DNA of 64,000 nt from Patescibacteria group bacterium (GTDB taxonomy: Bacteria; Patescibacteriota; Minisyncoccia; Phycocordibacterales; Phycocordibacteraceae). Of the stretch, positions 8,320 through 18,215 are shown in pieces. The notes below the pieces were generated by a model. It had not been told where the DNA came from, made no database searches, and worked only from the letters and a program-made list of their open reading frames with translations. A program made the position numbers and the translations under genes. Positions within the stretch are counted from its first letter, which is position 1. The number at the start of each line of letters is the position of its first letter. Location: assembly GCA_040388985.1 (NCBI GenBank), contig JAZKAU010000001.1:123359-187358 (forward strand), given 5' to 3'.

Positions 8320-10125
8320 TTATGCCTGCTTGGCGAGCCAGGTAGCGTACTTCTTCGCCATATCCTCGAAACTCTTCTTATTGTTCGCGATCTCCTTCTT
8401 GCCGTGAACCATATGGATGGCGGCACCGAGCTTGATGGGGCCTGATTTCGGACGGATCTTTTGAAGGTCGTCCACGCGCTTCTTCGCTCTACGTATCTTT
8501 GTGCTCGCGGGCATCGTGACATCCTTCACGAATGAGTCAGCGGAAAGCTTCGAACCTGTCGCCATCTTCACGAACGTGGCAAACGTATAGCGCGAACCGA
8601 ATTTCCAGACTTCACGCATTTCCGCACCTACTTTCGGATTGTCGACTATACGTCCGTACTTCTTGTAGAAATAGTCGCGCCACTGGCTGAGCGCGAGCGT
8701 GGCGAGGCCATAGCCGTGATAGGCAGCCGAGCTCTCCCATGAATAAATATGCGGGACCATGAGGGCGCGCAGAGAATCAACGGACTGGTCATAGTATTTC
8801 TTGTAATTGCGCTTGGCTATGAGCAAGACTTTCTCGCGCGTGAGATCTTTCGCTTCATATATCTCGCGCTCGAAGCTTGAGACGAACATGATGGGATTGA
8901 GCGCCGTAGGCTGCAGCAGCTCAAGCTGCTTCACCTTGCGTTCGAAGAGCGAGAATGGATACGGATTCCCTTCGGCATCCTTCGCGTAGCGGATACGCCA
9001 TTCGATGCTCGAGTACATGGTGTCGAGGAACATGCTGTGATTCTCTGCCCAGGAAGCAGTGCTCGGCGCGTATTCATGATTAAGACATACTTCACGCTCT
9101 TCGATATTGAGGTAGTGAGCGGCATGTCCGCCCTCATGGAAGAGGGTATTGCCGCCCTGTACGCCTGAGCCGACCTGGCCGGGCACCACGTTGCAGGTGA
9201 AATTCGCGGTGCCGGGAATGCGTCGGCCTTTCTCGTAATGCACGAGATTCGGCCAGTGGCAGAAGCCGTTATTCCACTTTCCTGCGCGGTCAAGCAGATC
9301 GAGCTTCAGCGTTCCGCCGCGATAGTCGATACCGAGCGCCTGGAAGGACCGGCCCCAGCGCAGTAGCGCATCACCAAACTGGAAGTACGGATCCTCTTCT
9401 TTCGTGAAGTCGCCCGCCATCATGTAGCTGAAGTTCCATGGCTTGCGTAGTCCCGGGCGCTTTTCTTCGGCCGCGCGTATCCCTTTGAAGGCGTACTTCG
9501 TGCGCTCATAAATGGCATCAAAGATGGAGAAAAGCTCGTCCTTGGTCATGCCGTCCTCGCGTTCCACCTTCATCGCGTAGAAGTCCGGATAGCCGAGCAT
9601 GCGTGCGTACTGATTGCGCATCTTCACGAGCTGCAGATATTCGGGAATAAGATCAGTGGCGAGTTCTTCGCGCGCCGTAAAGCAGGCCTTGCGCACTTTC
9701 TCGTCCGGATGCGTGCCGATCATCGTGGCCATCTTGACCGATGAAGCCCGGACGAATCTCTTGGTACGCGGATCGATATATCCTTCTTTGCGCGTCGAAC
9801 GGCGCTTCGTTATCTTCGTTTCAAGCTTCGCCACCTTTTCCTTGAGCGGTAGTGTTTCCGCAGGTGACTGATTGGCTTCGAAGTAGTATATCCAGGCATC
9901 CAGACGCGCCTTGGTTGCGGCATTCGCGCCTTCGCGCAGCGCGCGAACCATTTCGAGATTCGTCGCGCTCGACCGGAAAACCTCTATCTTTCCCTGAGCC
10001 GCATCCTTGCGCGCGTCTACCGACGGATCGCCCATATAGGAGATCCAGAAGAGTTCCTCGTAGTTCTTGTGGAGCTTTAGCAGATCACTATTAAGCTTCG
10101 CGAGCGCTTTTTCCGCAGTAGTCAT
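8320..10125 (-). CDS. M3-family oligoendopeptidase (PepF-like zinc metallopeptidase)
   Basis: 600 aa. Carries the HExxH zinc motif HEGGHAAH and has M3-like overall length and composition. Convergent with ung. Confidence 0.7.
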   Translation of the reverse strand: MTTAEKALAKLNSDLLKLHKNYEELFWISYMGDPSVDARKDAAQGKIEVFRSSATNLEMVRALREGANAATKARLDAWIYYFEANQSPAETLPLKEKVAKLETKITKRRSTRKEGYIDPRTKRFVRASSVKMATMIGTHPDEKVRKACFTAREELATDLIPEYLQLVKMRNQYARMLGYPDFYAMKVEREDGMTKDELFSIFDAIYERTKYAFKGIRAAEEKRPGLRKPWNFSYMMAGDFTKEEDPYFQFGDALLRWGRSFQALGIDYRGGTLKLDLLDRAGKWNNGFCHWPNLVHYEKGRRIPGTANFTCNVVPGQVGSGVQGGNTLFHEGGHAAHYLNIEEREVCLNHEYAPSTASWAENHSMFLDTMYSSIEWRIRYAKDAEGNPYPFSLFERKVKQLELLQPTALNPIMFVSSFEREIYEAKDLTREKVLLIAKRNYKKYYDQSVDSLRALMVPHIYSWESSAAYHGYGLATLALSQWRDYFYKKYGRIVDNPKVGAEMREVWKFGSRYTFATFVKMATGSKLSADSFVKDVTMPASTKIRRAKKRVDDLQKIRPKSGPIKLGAAIHMVHGKKEIANNKKSFEDMAKKYATWLAKQA

Positions 10126-10174
10126 ATACAGGTATTGTAGACCAGTCGCGGGGCATCAGCCAATGAGAAATCTC

Positions 10175-10205
10175 AAGCATGTCTAGGTGACACCTAGACA
10201 TGCTT
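10175..10205. promoter_or_regulatory. 31-bp perfect palindrome (two 15-bp arms around one central nt) in the divergent promoter region between the M3 and M16 peptidase genes; candidate operator
   Basis: AAGCATGTCTAGGTG a CACCTAGACATGCTT. It lies 50 nt from the M3 gene start (10125, minus strand) and 51 nt from the M16 ATG (10256). Confidence 0.5.
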
Positions 10206-10255
10206 AGTCATGTCGTGATGGCGTTAGCGGCACGAGATTGGTATCCTTGGCGTAC

Positions 10256-11581
10256 ATGGCAACCAAGACGATAGGAGGCACGAAGAAATCAGGTGATTCG
10301 TTGGTTCAAGGCATCAGCTTCGTACAAGAGTTGGGCGGTATAGAAGAGTACCGTCTCGATAGCAACGGCCTGCGCATCCTGCTTATCTCTGACTCGAGCG
10401 TGCCGGTAGCAGGCTGCATGGTCACGTATCACGTCGGCTCTCGAAACGAGGCGGTCGGACACACCGGCGCGACACATCTCCTCGAGCATCTTCTCTTCAA
10501 AGGTTCGGAGAAATTCAACGCTGCGAAGGGAAGCAGCATCGACATGCTTCTGGAGCGCAAGGGCGCAGCTATGAACGCTTCGACCTCCTTTGATCGCACG
10601 AATTACTATGAGGTACTTGCGAGCTCCGAGCTGCCGCTTGCCATCGAGATAGAGGCCGACCGCATGCGCACCGCACTCTTCACTGAAAGCAACCGGCAGA
10701 GTGAGATGCCCGTCGTGCGCAACGAATACGAATGGTATGAGAACGAGTCCTGGGCGGCGCTCGAGAAGGAGATATGGGCGGCAGCGTATATCGCGCATCC
10801 TTATCACCACCCCATCATCGGCTGGAAGAGCGATATCGAGAACGTACCCATAGAGCGGCTCCGAAAGTTCTACGACGACTTCTATTGGCCTAATAATGCG
10901 ACGCTCACCATCGTCGGCAGTTTCGATACCCTTACGGTCTTCGCCGCCATACGGACGCACTTCGGCGTACACCCCGCGTCGCAGGAACCCATTCCGACCA
11001 TGTATACCGAGGAGCCTGTGCAAGAGGGTCCGCGTCGCGTGGTCCTCAAGCGCGCAGGAAATCCGGTGGTTAGCATCGCTCACAAGATACCGAGCGCGCT
11101 CCACGCCGATATGCCGGCATTGCTCGTACTCGCGAGCGTACTCTACGAAGATAAGACGAGCCGTCTCTACAAGGCCTTTATCGATAGTGCGCTTGCGACC
11201 GACATCATGGTGTCCTGCAATCAGACGCGCGACCCGAGCCTCTTCCAGACATCCGTCACCCTTGCGCCCAGCACGCCGCATCAGAAAGCTGAGCAGGTAG
11301 CGCACAAGGAGTATGAACGGATAGCAAATGATGGAATCAGCAGCGCCGAGCTCACCGCTGCAAAGCGTGCGGCGCGCGTCTACGCTGCGCGGCGCAAGGA
11401 CGGACCGTATGCGCTGCTTTCTGCTATTAACGAAGACATCGCCTCGGGCGATTGGACGAACTTCGTGCGGCTTCCAGGAGCGATAGAAGGCGTCACCGTC
11501 CGCGACGTGAAGCGCGTTGCGCAGACGTATCTTGTCGACGACCAGATGACGGTCGGCTGGTTCGTAAACGCTGTCGCATAG
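10256..11581 (+). CDS. M16-family zinc peptidase (pitrilysin-like, active subunit)
   Basis: Carries the inverted zinc motif HLLEHLLF (HxxEH) followed by NASTSFDRTNYY and a downstream Glu-rich region. The track start at 10238 is a TTG; the in-frame ATG at 10256 is preferred. Confidence 0.75.
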   Translation: MATKTIGGTKKSGDSLVQGISFVQELGGIEEYRLDSNGLRILLISDSSVPVAGCMVTYHVGSRNEAVGHTGATHLLEHLLFKGSEKFNAAKGSSIDMLLERKGAAMNASTSFDRTNYYEVLASSELPLAIEIEADRMRTALFTESNRQSEMPVVRNEYEWYENESWAALEKEIWAAAYIAHPYHHPIIGWKSDIENVPIERLRKFYDDFYWPNNATLTIVGSFDTLTVFAAIRTHFGVHPASQEPIPTMYTEEPVQEGPRRVVLKRAGNPVVSIAHKIPSALHADMPALLVLASVLYEDKTSRLYKAFIDSALATDIMVSCNQTRDPSLFQTSVTLAPSTPHQKAEQVAHKEYERIANDGISSAELTAAKRAARVYAARRKDGPYALLSAINEDIASGDWTNFVRLPGAIEGVTVRDVKRVAQTYLVDDQMTVGWFVNAVA

Positions 11582-11586
11582 ATTGT

Positions 11587-12858
11587 ATGGAGAACGAACG
11601 CATGAACATCACGGAACACGAGAAAGGGCCTATGCGCCTCTTCGCAGCGCGCACCGCTGCGCCAGACGTCGTGACGATAGAAGGCAGCGTACTTGGCGGC
11701 TACTGCATGCTGCCACGCGAACGGACCATGGTACCGCGCATCGCGACCGGACTCCTTGATGCAGGAACGGCGACGAAGACCAAGGACGAGTTGCGCGGCG
11801 CGCTAGCTAGCCGCGGAGCATCGCTGCATTTCTCGCCCGGAGGCGACCGGACTCATTTCTCCGCAACCTGTCTTCCCGAAGATGCTGAATTCGTCTTCAA
11901 GCTCATCCGTGAATGCCTGTCCGAGTCCTCATTCCCGACGAGCGAAGTAGCGGCGCAGAAGAAACGGACATTGGCAGAGCTTGAAGAGTCAAAGCGCGAT
12001 ACCTCCCAGCAGGCGCTCTATGCCTTTTCACGGCTCGTCTTCGATAGGACACACGTGAATTACGCTGATACGACCGAGACTGAGATAGAGCGGGCGGCGA
12101 AGGCGACGCGTAAAGATATGACCAACTTCCGCTCGCTTCTGGGACAGGGCGGGCTCGTGCTTGCCGTCGCTGGCGACGTGAGGGCAGACGAGATACTCAC
12201 GAAGGCCGCGACTGTCTTCGCCAAGCTTCCAGGCGGAACGGCGCAGATGACGCAGAAGGCTCCGAACCGTAAGCGTCCCTCGTCCGAAGAATCCCTCATC
12301 TCAATTGCCGACAAGGCGACGCTCGACGTCTATATGGGCGCAAGTATACCTTTTACCTACGACAGTCCGGAGTACCTGCCGCTTGCAGTCCTTACGAGCA
12401 TGCTCGGCGGGAACGGTTTGTCGACCGCGCACCTTATGCGAACCATCCGAGAACGCGACGGCCTGACCTATGGCATCTACGCGAGCCTTGCAGGCTTTGG
12501 CGGCCTATCTGAGGGCGCGCTACGCATTCAGGCAACGTTCTCGCCTGCGACCTTTGAGCGGGCAGTAGATACGACGCGTAAAGAGATACGAGTTTTCCTT
12601 GACTCCGGCATGACCGAAGAAGCCTTGGCTGCTAAGAAGGACGAACTCATCGGCCGGTATTACGTGGGACTTTCGACCACTCGCGGACTTGCAGGTACGC
12701 TCCACAAGATAGGCGTGGAAGGGAAGCCGCTCGGCTACGCCGACGAATATCCAGACCTGATCCGCGCTATCACGCTCGCTGACATCAAGAACGCGGCGAG
12801 CTATGTGCCGTTCGACAAGCTTTCGCTCGCAGCAGCCGGCACATTCATTAAAAAGTAA
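11587..12858 (+). CDS. M16-family peptidase, second (non-catalytic-type) subunit lacking HxxEH
   Basis: Begins 6 nt after the first M16 gene, with an ATG at 11587 (MENERMNITEHE). M16-like composition but no HxxEH motif. Paired M16 subunits are a common arrangement. Confidence 0.65.
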   Translation: MENERMNITEHEKGPMRLFAARTAAPDVVTIEGSVLGGYCMLPRERTMVPRIATGLLDAGTATKTKDELRGALASRGASLHFSPGGDRTHFSATCLPEDAEFVFKLIRECLSESSFPTSEVAAQKKRTLAELEESKRDTSQQALYAFSRLVFDRTHVNYADTTETEIERAAKATRKDMTNFRSLLGQGGLVLAVAGDVRADEILTKAATVFAKLPGGTAQMTQKAPNRKRPSSEESLISIADKATLDVYMGASIPFTYDSPEYLPLAVLTSMLGGNGLSTAHLMRTIRERDGLTYGIYASLAGFGGLSEGALRIQATFSPATFERAVDTTRKEIRVFLDSGMTEEALAAKKDELIGRYYVGLSTTRGLAGTLHKIGVEGKPLGYADEYPDLIRAITLADIKNAASYVPFDKLSLAAAGTFIKK

Positions 12859-12879
12859 GCCCGTGCTATCGTCTTTCAT

Positions 12880-14826
12880 ATGACCGTTTCAGAAGTACGC
12901 AAACGATATCTTGAGTTCTTCAAGGCGCGCGGGCACGTGATCATCCCCTCGGCTCCTATCGTGCCGGGCAACGATCCGACGACGCTTTTCACGAGCAGCG
13001 GCATGCAGCCTCTCGTTCCGTATCTCCTCGGTAAAGAGCATCCTGAAGGCAACCGGCTCGTAAACTCGCAGATGAGCTTCCGCGCAGGTGATATCGAAGA
13101 GGTGGGAGATAATCGCCATACGACCTTCTTCGAGATGCTTGGCAACTGGTCGCTCGGTGATTATTTCAAGCAGGAGCAGCTCCCATGGATATTCGATTTC
13201 ATGACAAGCAAAGAAACGGGTTTAGGCTTCGATCCTGAAAAGATCTATACGACAGTTTATAGCGGGGACTCGGAGGCTGGCATGTCTCTTGATGCGGAAT
13301 CAGTAGAGATATGGAAAAAGCTTTTTAAGGAAAAGGGCATCGAGGCCGAATTGGTAATACTTGATACGGAAGAAAAGGGATATGAGCTTGGAACGCAAGG
13401 GGGTCGCATCTTTGCCTACGGTTCAAAGAAGAATTGGTGGAGCAGAAGCGGAGTTCCCATGAACATGCCTGCTGGCGAGCCAGGAGGACCGGATTCAGAG
13501 ATCTTCTATGACTTCGGTGCATCACCTGACTCCCCAGGAGGACATGCATCTCCTACTGATGACCAAAAATGGGGCACATACTGCCATGTGAACTGCGACT
13601 GCGGTCGTTTCGTAGAGATATGCAATTCGGTCTTCATGCAGTTTATAAAGAATCCTGACGGTACCTTCTCAGATCTACCTAAGCAGAATGTGGACTTCGG
13701 TGGAGGACTTGAGCGTTTTACCTGTACGACTTTGAATAGTTCCGACTTGTTCGATATTGATGTATTTGACACTGCGCGAAATATCTTAGGCCAGCGCGCT
13801 GGAAAGGAATACGGTGAGGATGCAGTGGCTACACACGCCATGCGTATCATTCTTGATCATGTACGAGCGGCATCCTTCATGCTTGCCGAAGGAGTCCTTC
13901 CGTCCAATACCGAAGCTGGATATGTGCTCCGCCGTCTCATCCGCCGCGCTATCCGCGAAGCTGATAGGCTCGGCATTCAAGAGAGCGTACTTGCCGATGT
14001 GGCCCGTGGCTACGGGGAAGCGTATGCCGACCACTATCCTCATGTGCTCGCCGCAAGCGCGACTATTAAGGACGAGCTTGCCAAAGAAGAAGAGAAATTC
14101 AGGAAGACCTTATCTCAAGGCATGCGTGAGCTCGAGAAGCTCATTTCAGGTGGAACTATCGCTCCTGAAGACGTGTTCACCCTCTTTACTTCATATGGAT
14201 TCCCGGTCGAGATGACCGAGGAGATCGCGAACGAACGCGATATAGAGATCGACCTGAACGCAGTCATGAAGCTTATGGAAGTTCATCAGGAAACCTCGCG
14301 CGCCGGAGGCGCGCAGCGTTTCGCCGGAGGATTGGCTGACCACGCGGAGCAGACCGTGCGTTATCACACGCTCCATCACATCCTGCTCGCGGCGCTCCAG
14401 AAAGTACTGGGGACAGAGGTGAAGCAGCGCGGCAGCAACATCACGAGCGAGCGCCTGCGCATCGACTTCTCATGGGGCGCGAAGATGACCGACGAGCAGA
14501 AGGCAGAAGTTGAGAAGATCGTGAACGAAGTCATCGCTCAGGACTTACCCGTCACGCGCACCGTCATGCCGCGCGAGGAGGCGGAGAAACTGGGCGCGCA
14601 GATGGAATTCGGCGTGAAGTATCCGGATATGGTATCGGTCTATTCGGTCGGCCCCGCACACGCTACCGAGACTGAGCCCGATATTCCGAACGCCTTCTCT
14701 CTTGAGTTCTGCGGCGGTCCACATGTCGCGAACACGAGCGAGATACGCGCAGGCGGCACGTTCAAGATACAGAAAGAAGAGGCAGTCGCCGCAGGCGTTC
14801 GGAGGATCAAAGGAGTGTTGGTATAG
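12880..14826 (+). CDS. alaS: Alanine--tRNA ligase, short form (catalytic, tRNA-recognition and editing regions; lacks the long C-terminal extension)
   Basis: The N-terminus (RYLEFFKARGHVIIPSAPIVPGNDPTTLFTSSGMQPL) is AlaRS-specific. The editing-domain motifs HHILLAALQ and FCGGPHV are present. Only 648 aa. Confidence 0.8.
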   Translation: MTVSEVRKRYLEFFKARGHVIIPSAPIVPGNDPTTLFTSSGMQPLVPYLLGKEHPEGNRLVNSQMSFRAGDIEEVGDNRHTTFFEMLGNWSLGDYFKQEQLPWIFDFMTSKETGLGFDPEKIYTTVYSGDSEAGMSLDAESVEIWKKLFKEKGIEAELVILDTEEKGYELGTQGGRIFAYGSKKNWWSRSGVPMNMPAGEPGGPDSEIFYDFGASPDSPGGHASPTDDQKWGTYCHVNCDCGRFVEICNSVFMQFIKNPDGTFSDLPKQNVDFGGGLERFTCTTLNSSDLFDIDVFDTARNILGQRAGKEYGEDAVATHAMRIILDHVRAASFMLAEGVLPSNTEAGYVLRRLIRRAIREADRLGIQESVLADVARGYGEAYADHYPHVLAASATIKDELAKEEEKFRKTLSQGMRELEKLISGGTIAPEDVFTLFTSYGFPVEMTEEIANERDIEIDLNAVMKLMEVHQETSRAGGAQRFAGGLADHAEQTVRYHTLHHILLAALQKVLGTEVKQRGSNITSERLRIDFSWGAKMTDEQKAEVEKIVNEVIAQDLPVTRTVMPREEAEKLGAQMEFGVKYPDMVSVYSVGPAHATETEPDIPNAFSLEFCGGPHVANTSEIRAGGTFKIQKEEAVAAGVRRIKGVLV

Positions 14827-14877
14827 AGTATTTGGTATTACTCGAAAGTTCATCTTGGGTAGATTAAGCTCACGCGT

Positions 14878-15363
14878 ATGAAAAATATCATCAATATTTC
14901 TGAGATCGAACAACAGGCAAGTCCCGCTCCCATGCCGCAGAGCGTTAAAGAGCGCTTTGAGGGCGCGACTATGGGATTCATAGGGCCGCGCATCGGTGCG
15001 CAAAAGCTCGGCTACAACATCACGGTAGTCCCTGCAGGGAAGCGCGCATTTCCTTTCCATAACCACTACGCTAACGAGGAGATGTTCTTTATCCTCGAAG
15101 GAGAAGGCGAGATCCGGCTGGGTTCAGAACGCTTTCCTGTGAAGAAAGGCGACTTCATAGCATGTCCTTCGGGCACAGGAGTCGAGCACGCGCATCAGAT
15201 AATAAATACGTCTACGGAAGAGCTTCGGTATCTGGCTGTCTCGACCAAGATCTCTCCCGAGATAGCGGAGTATCCTGACACCGGGAAATTCGGCGTGCTC
15301 GCAGAGAATTTCCGCTTCGTGGGACGAACCGAGAACTCTCTCGACTACTGGGAAGGGGAGTAG
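14878..15363 (+). CDS. Cupin-domain protein
   Basis: PFHNHYANEEMFFILEGEGEIRLG...GDFIACPSGTGVEHAHQIIN matches the two-motif cupin pattern. Confidence 0.6.
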   Translation: MKNIINISEIEQQASPAPMPQSVKERFEGATMGFIGPRIGAQKLGYNITVVPAGKRAFPFHNHYANEEMFFILEGEGEIRLGSERFPVKKGDFIACPSGTGVEHAHQIINTSTEELRYLAVSTKISPEIAEYPDTGKFGVLAENFRFVGRTENSLDYWEGE

Positions 15364-15488
15364 CACTGGGTACCAGAAACTCAAAGAATTTATTAGGTAT
15401 ACCCAGTACCCGGGTGTATTAACGCTACGTGCTGGGTATACTGTATCCATACCTTTAATCGCCAGGCACTAACCTATTACGAGCCCGT

Positions 15489-16775
15489 ATGAGCAAGACC
15501 ATCACCGATATCATCCCTCCTTCGCGCCGCAGGCGCATGGAAGCAGAGAACGAACAGGCTCCTGAGATGGAAATGGACGAGCCAGCTGCGGCATACGTTC
15601 CGCCGCGCCCACCACGTCCTGTAAGCGACCGTCCGTATCGCGCGAACTCAGGCGGTCCTCGCCGCTTCCCGTGGGCAGTCGCTCTGGTGGCGCTTATCGT
15701 TGTCATAGGTTCTGCGGCTGCACTCTATGCCTTCGCGGGCGCGAAGGTGACCATAACGCCGACTTCGACGACGGCGAACGTATCTGGCGACTTTACCGCG
15801 ACGTTCGCTTCCGGAGATCTGCCATACGAGCTCATTACGGTCGACAAGACCGTCGCCGCGAACGTTCCGGCGGAGAGCACCGAGACCGTGAACGACCCTG
15901 CGCAGGGCACCATCACCATCATGAATGCGCAGAGCACTCCGCAGACCCTTATAAAGAACACGCGCTTCCAGTCACCTGACGGCCTTATCTTCCGCATCCA
16001 GGACTCGGTCACGATTCCTGGCGGCTCCATAAGCTCTCCCGGAAGCGTCCAGGCTCCTGTGTCGGCTGATACCGGGGGGGAGCAGTACAATATCGCTCCT
16101 ACGACCTTTACCGTTCCAGGCCTTAAGGGCTCAAAGTCGTTCGATCTCGTGACCGCAAAGTCGACCGAGGCGATGGCCGGTGGGTTCTCAGGTACGCGTC
16201 CGTCAGTAGGCCAAGCTACGCGCGATGCGCAGAACGAGAAGAGTAAGACCGCCCTCACTTCAAGCATTAGCGACGAGGTCATCTCGAAGCTGCAGAGCGG
16301 ATATGTCGTCATTCCAGGCGCAACCTTCATCACCTACACTCCGACGAATGACACGGCAGGGAAGGACAATACCGTGAATGTGAACCTTAAGGGCACCGCT
16401 GTCGCTGTTGCCATGCCCCAGGCAGCACTCGCCAAGGCCATCAGCTACCGCGTGAACGGCAGCTATGCAGGCCAGCCGGTATCCCTTACTAATCCCCAGA
16501 CTCTTGCTATGACCCCATCAAGTCCTGGCACGCCTACAGCCGAGCAAGGCAGCTTCGCCTTCTCCCTTACGGGCCCAGCTACCATCACCTGGGACGTGGA
16601 CGCCGCAAAGATCGCCGGAGCCGTTGCCGGAAAGAGCCGCAGCGCAGCCTACACCATCATCCAGGGCTTCCCCGAGGTCGCAAAAGCTGTCCTCAATATC
16701 CGCCCCTTCTGGGCCGGCACCTTCCCGCAGGATCCTGCAAACATAATCATCGCGACCACTACTCCTCAGAACTAA
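15489..16775 (+). CDS. Hypothetical membrane-anchored protein (428 aa): Pro/Arg-rich N-terminus, one TM segment, Thr/Ser-rich beta-type extracellular region
   Basis: Long ORF in the coding frame. TM segment WAVALVALIVVIGSAAALYAF. Followed by a strong terminator. Confidence 0.55.
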   Translation: MSKTITDIIPPSRRRRMEAENEQAPEMEMDEPAAAYVPPRPPRPVSDRPYRANSGGPRRFPWAVALVALIVVIGSAAALYAFAGAKVTITPTSTTANVSGDFTATFASGDLPYELITVDKTVAANVPAESTETVNDPAQGTITIMNAQSTPQTLIKNTRFQSPDGLIFRIQDSVTIPGGSISSPGSVQAPVSADTGGEQYNIAPTTFTVPGLKGSKSFDLVTAKSTEAMAGGFSGTRPSVGQATRDAQNEKSKTALTSSISDEVISKLQSGYVVIPGATFITYTPTNDTAGKDNTVNVNLKGTAVAVAMPQAALAKAISYRVNGSYAGQPVSLTNPQTLAMTPSSPGTPTAEQGSFAFSLTGPATITWDVDAAKIAGAVAGKSRSAAYTIIQGFPEVAKAVLNIRPFWAGTFPQDPANIIIATTTPQN

Positions 16776-16788
16776 GGTGATATAGCAA

Positions 16789-16825
16789 CACGAATGCCCG
16801 CGCACTACGTGCGCGGGCATTCGTG
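16789..16825 (+). terminator. Rho-independent terminator (perfect 17-bp hairpin)
   Basis: CACGAATGCCCGCGCAC tacg TGCGCGGGCATTCGTG, then TTGGTCATT. Confidence 0.7.
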
Positions 16826-16924
16826 TTGGTCATTATCTAAAATAAGCTTGGAGTATATAAATAGTGCGCGCCCGACGGGAACAAGTCCGATCGGGCGCAC
16901 GTTTGAGGAGGATTGGAGGAGAAG

Positions 16925-17515
16925 TCAGGCGGATTTGGATTTATTCCAATAGTAGTGCATCTTGCCGGCAGAGGTAAGGCCGAGAGGCTCAAACATCTTG
17001 AACCGACGATATGGCTCTTCCCTGAGCACCTGCCTTGCGTCGTAGCACTGAAGTGCGGTCCATGCCGGATCGAAGGTGGCATTATCGGCCGCTTTGCAAG
17101 CGTCGACGATGAGATGGTCCACCATCATGACCAGCCGCTCTAAATTGAAGTTCTTAAGCTGTGCCGGCACGGATCCACTCAACTCGACGATATCCGTGAG
17201 AGCTTCGCCGACCTCCTTGAGGATCATCCTCCTCTTGGTCAGAGTCCTCTTGCCGCGCGCTCCCGCCCACATCAGGACGATGCCCAGAAGGGCGATTGCG
17301 AGCGCAGGCGCGGCGCTGTTTGCCAACACCAGGATGACGATACTGATGGGAAAGATAAGCAACCCGCCGGCGTAAATCGGCTTGTCACCGTAATCGCGCA
17401 TCGAGCGCGGGTAACGGAGCAAGATATCCTTCGAACCCGGCCAGTTTCCGGAGATGAATCCAGGCAGCTCGTCCTTGCGAGCCAGTTCGGCGAGTTCAAT
17501 TTCGGTATATGCCAT
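16925..17515 (-). CDS. Hypothetical membrane protein (196 aa)
   Basis: An internal ATG at 17515 is preceded by GGAG (ggagtgactatc ATG). Two TM segments. The upstream part of the track ORF looks non-coding. A hairpin at 16862-16905 lies downstream on the minus strand. Confidence 0.5.
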   Translation of the reverse strand: MAYTEIELAELARKDELPGFISGNWPGSKDILLRYPRSMRDYGDKPIYAGGLLIFPISIVILVLANSAAPALAIALLGIVLMWAGARGKRTLTKRRMILKEVGEALTDIVELSGSVPAQLKNFNLERLVMMVDHLIVDACKAADNATFDPAWTALQCYDARQVLREEPYRRFKMFEPLGLTSAGKMHYYWNKSKSA

Positions 17516-17810
17516 GATAGTCACTCCACACTGCACTTTGTATCGGCCCCACGGCCAGAGATACGGAGACACCACTGTCTCATGTCCGAACAGGGTCAGC
17601 CCATCCAGCCATACTTCGTTCCTCTCAATCTGCCAAAGTACACACAGACTGTGTATATTATAATACATATTTACTACATCTGTCAATATACACTCGCGCA
17701 GTAAGGTGCCGCCTTACTGCGCTCTCTTAGCGGACCGAGCCGGATTCGGCACTAGGCAGGTTGCTTGTTGACGAACTTATGGCGCATATGTTAGATTAAC
17801 TAGGCTCCAC

Positions 17811-18026
17811 ATGGAAGAAAGCAAGACGGATGAAACAACGGGTACCGTAGAAGAGGTGCTCCCTAATTCTTTATTCCGTGTCCGCATGTCGTCGGGAGAA
17901 CTTCAGCTCTGCTACCTCGCCGGAAAGATGCGCCTGCATCGCATCCGCGTGCTGGTTGGAGACAAAGTCGAACTGGTCCTCGAGCCATACGGCGGCAAAG
18001 CACGCATCGTGAGGAGACTATCCTAG
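17811..18026 (+). CDS. infA: Translation initiation factor IF-1
   Basis: S1-like fold pattern [55 protein letters not shown]. Confidence 0.85.
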   Translation: MEESKTDETTGTVEEVLPNSLFRVRMSSGELQLCYLAGKMRLHRIRVLVGDKVELVLEPYGGKARIVRRLS

Positions 18027-18048
18027 GCTTCCGAGCCACCAACAACAC

Positions 18049-18165
18049 ATGAAAGTCCGCGCATCAATCAAAGTACAGCAGCCAGGAGATATCATCGTCC
18101 GTCGTCGCGGGCGCTTGTACCGTATAAACAAGCGCAATCCTCGTCGCAAGGCTCGCCAAGGCTAA
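18049..18165 (+). CDS. rpmJ: 50S ribosomal protein L36 (Cys-less, zinc-independent form); missing from the ORF track because it is below the size cutoff
   Basis: Translates to [38 protein letters not shown] (38 aa), with a TAA stop at 18163-18165. It sits between infA and rpsM, which is the canonical position. Confidence 0.75.
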   Translation: MKVRASIKVQQPGDIIVRRRGRLYRINKRNPRRKARQG

Positions 18166-18215
18166 TCGCGCCAGTTCCATTTACATAATCCTTACTTACC
18201 TAACTTATCCCGTTC

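Noticed and set aside
10289-11305. 338-aa minus-strand ORF
   Set aside because: It is fully antisense to the M16 peptidase gene, whose zinc motif and family features are clear. Its Arg/Gly-rich composition is typical of GC-rich antisense frames.
16862-16905. Possible small ncRNA between the two hairpins 16789-16825 and 16862-16905
   Set aside because: The second hairpin (GTGCGCGCCCGACGG...CCGATCGGGCGCAC) is best explained as the terminator of the minus-strand gene 16925-17515. There is no independent evidence for an sRNA.
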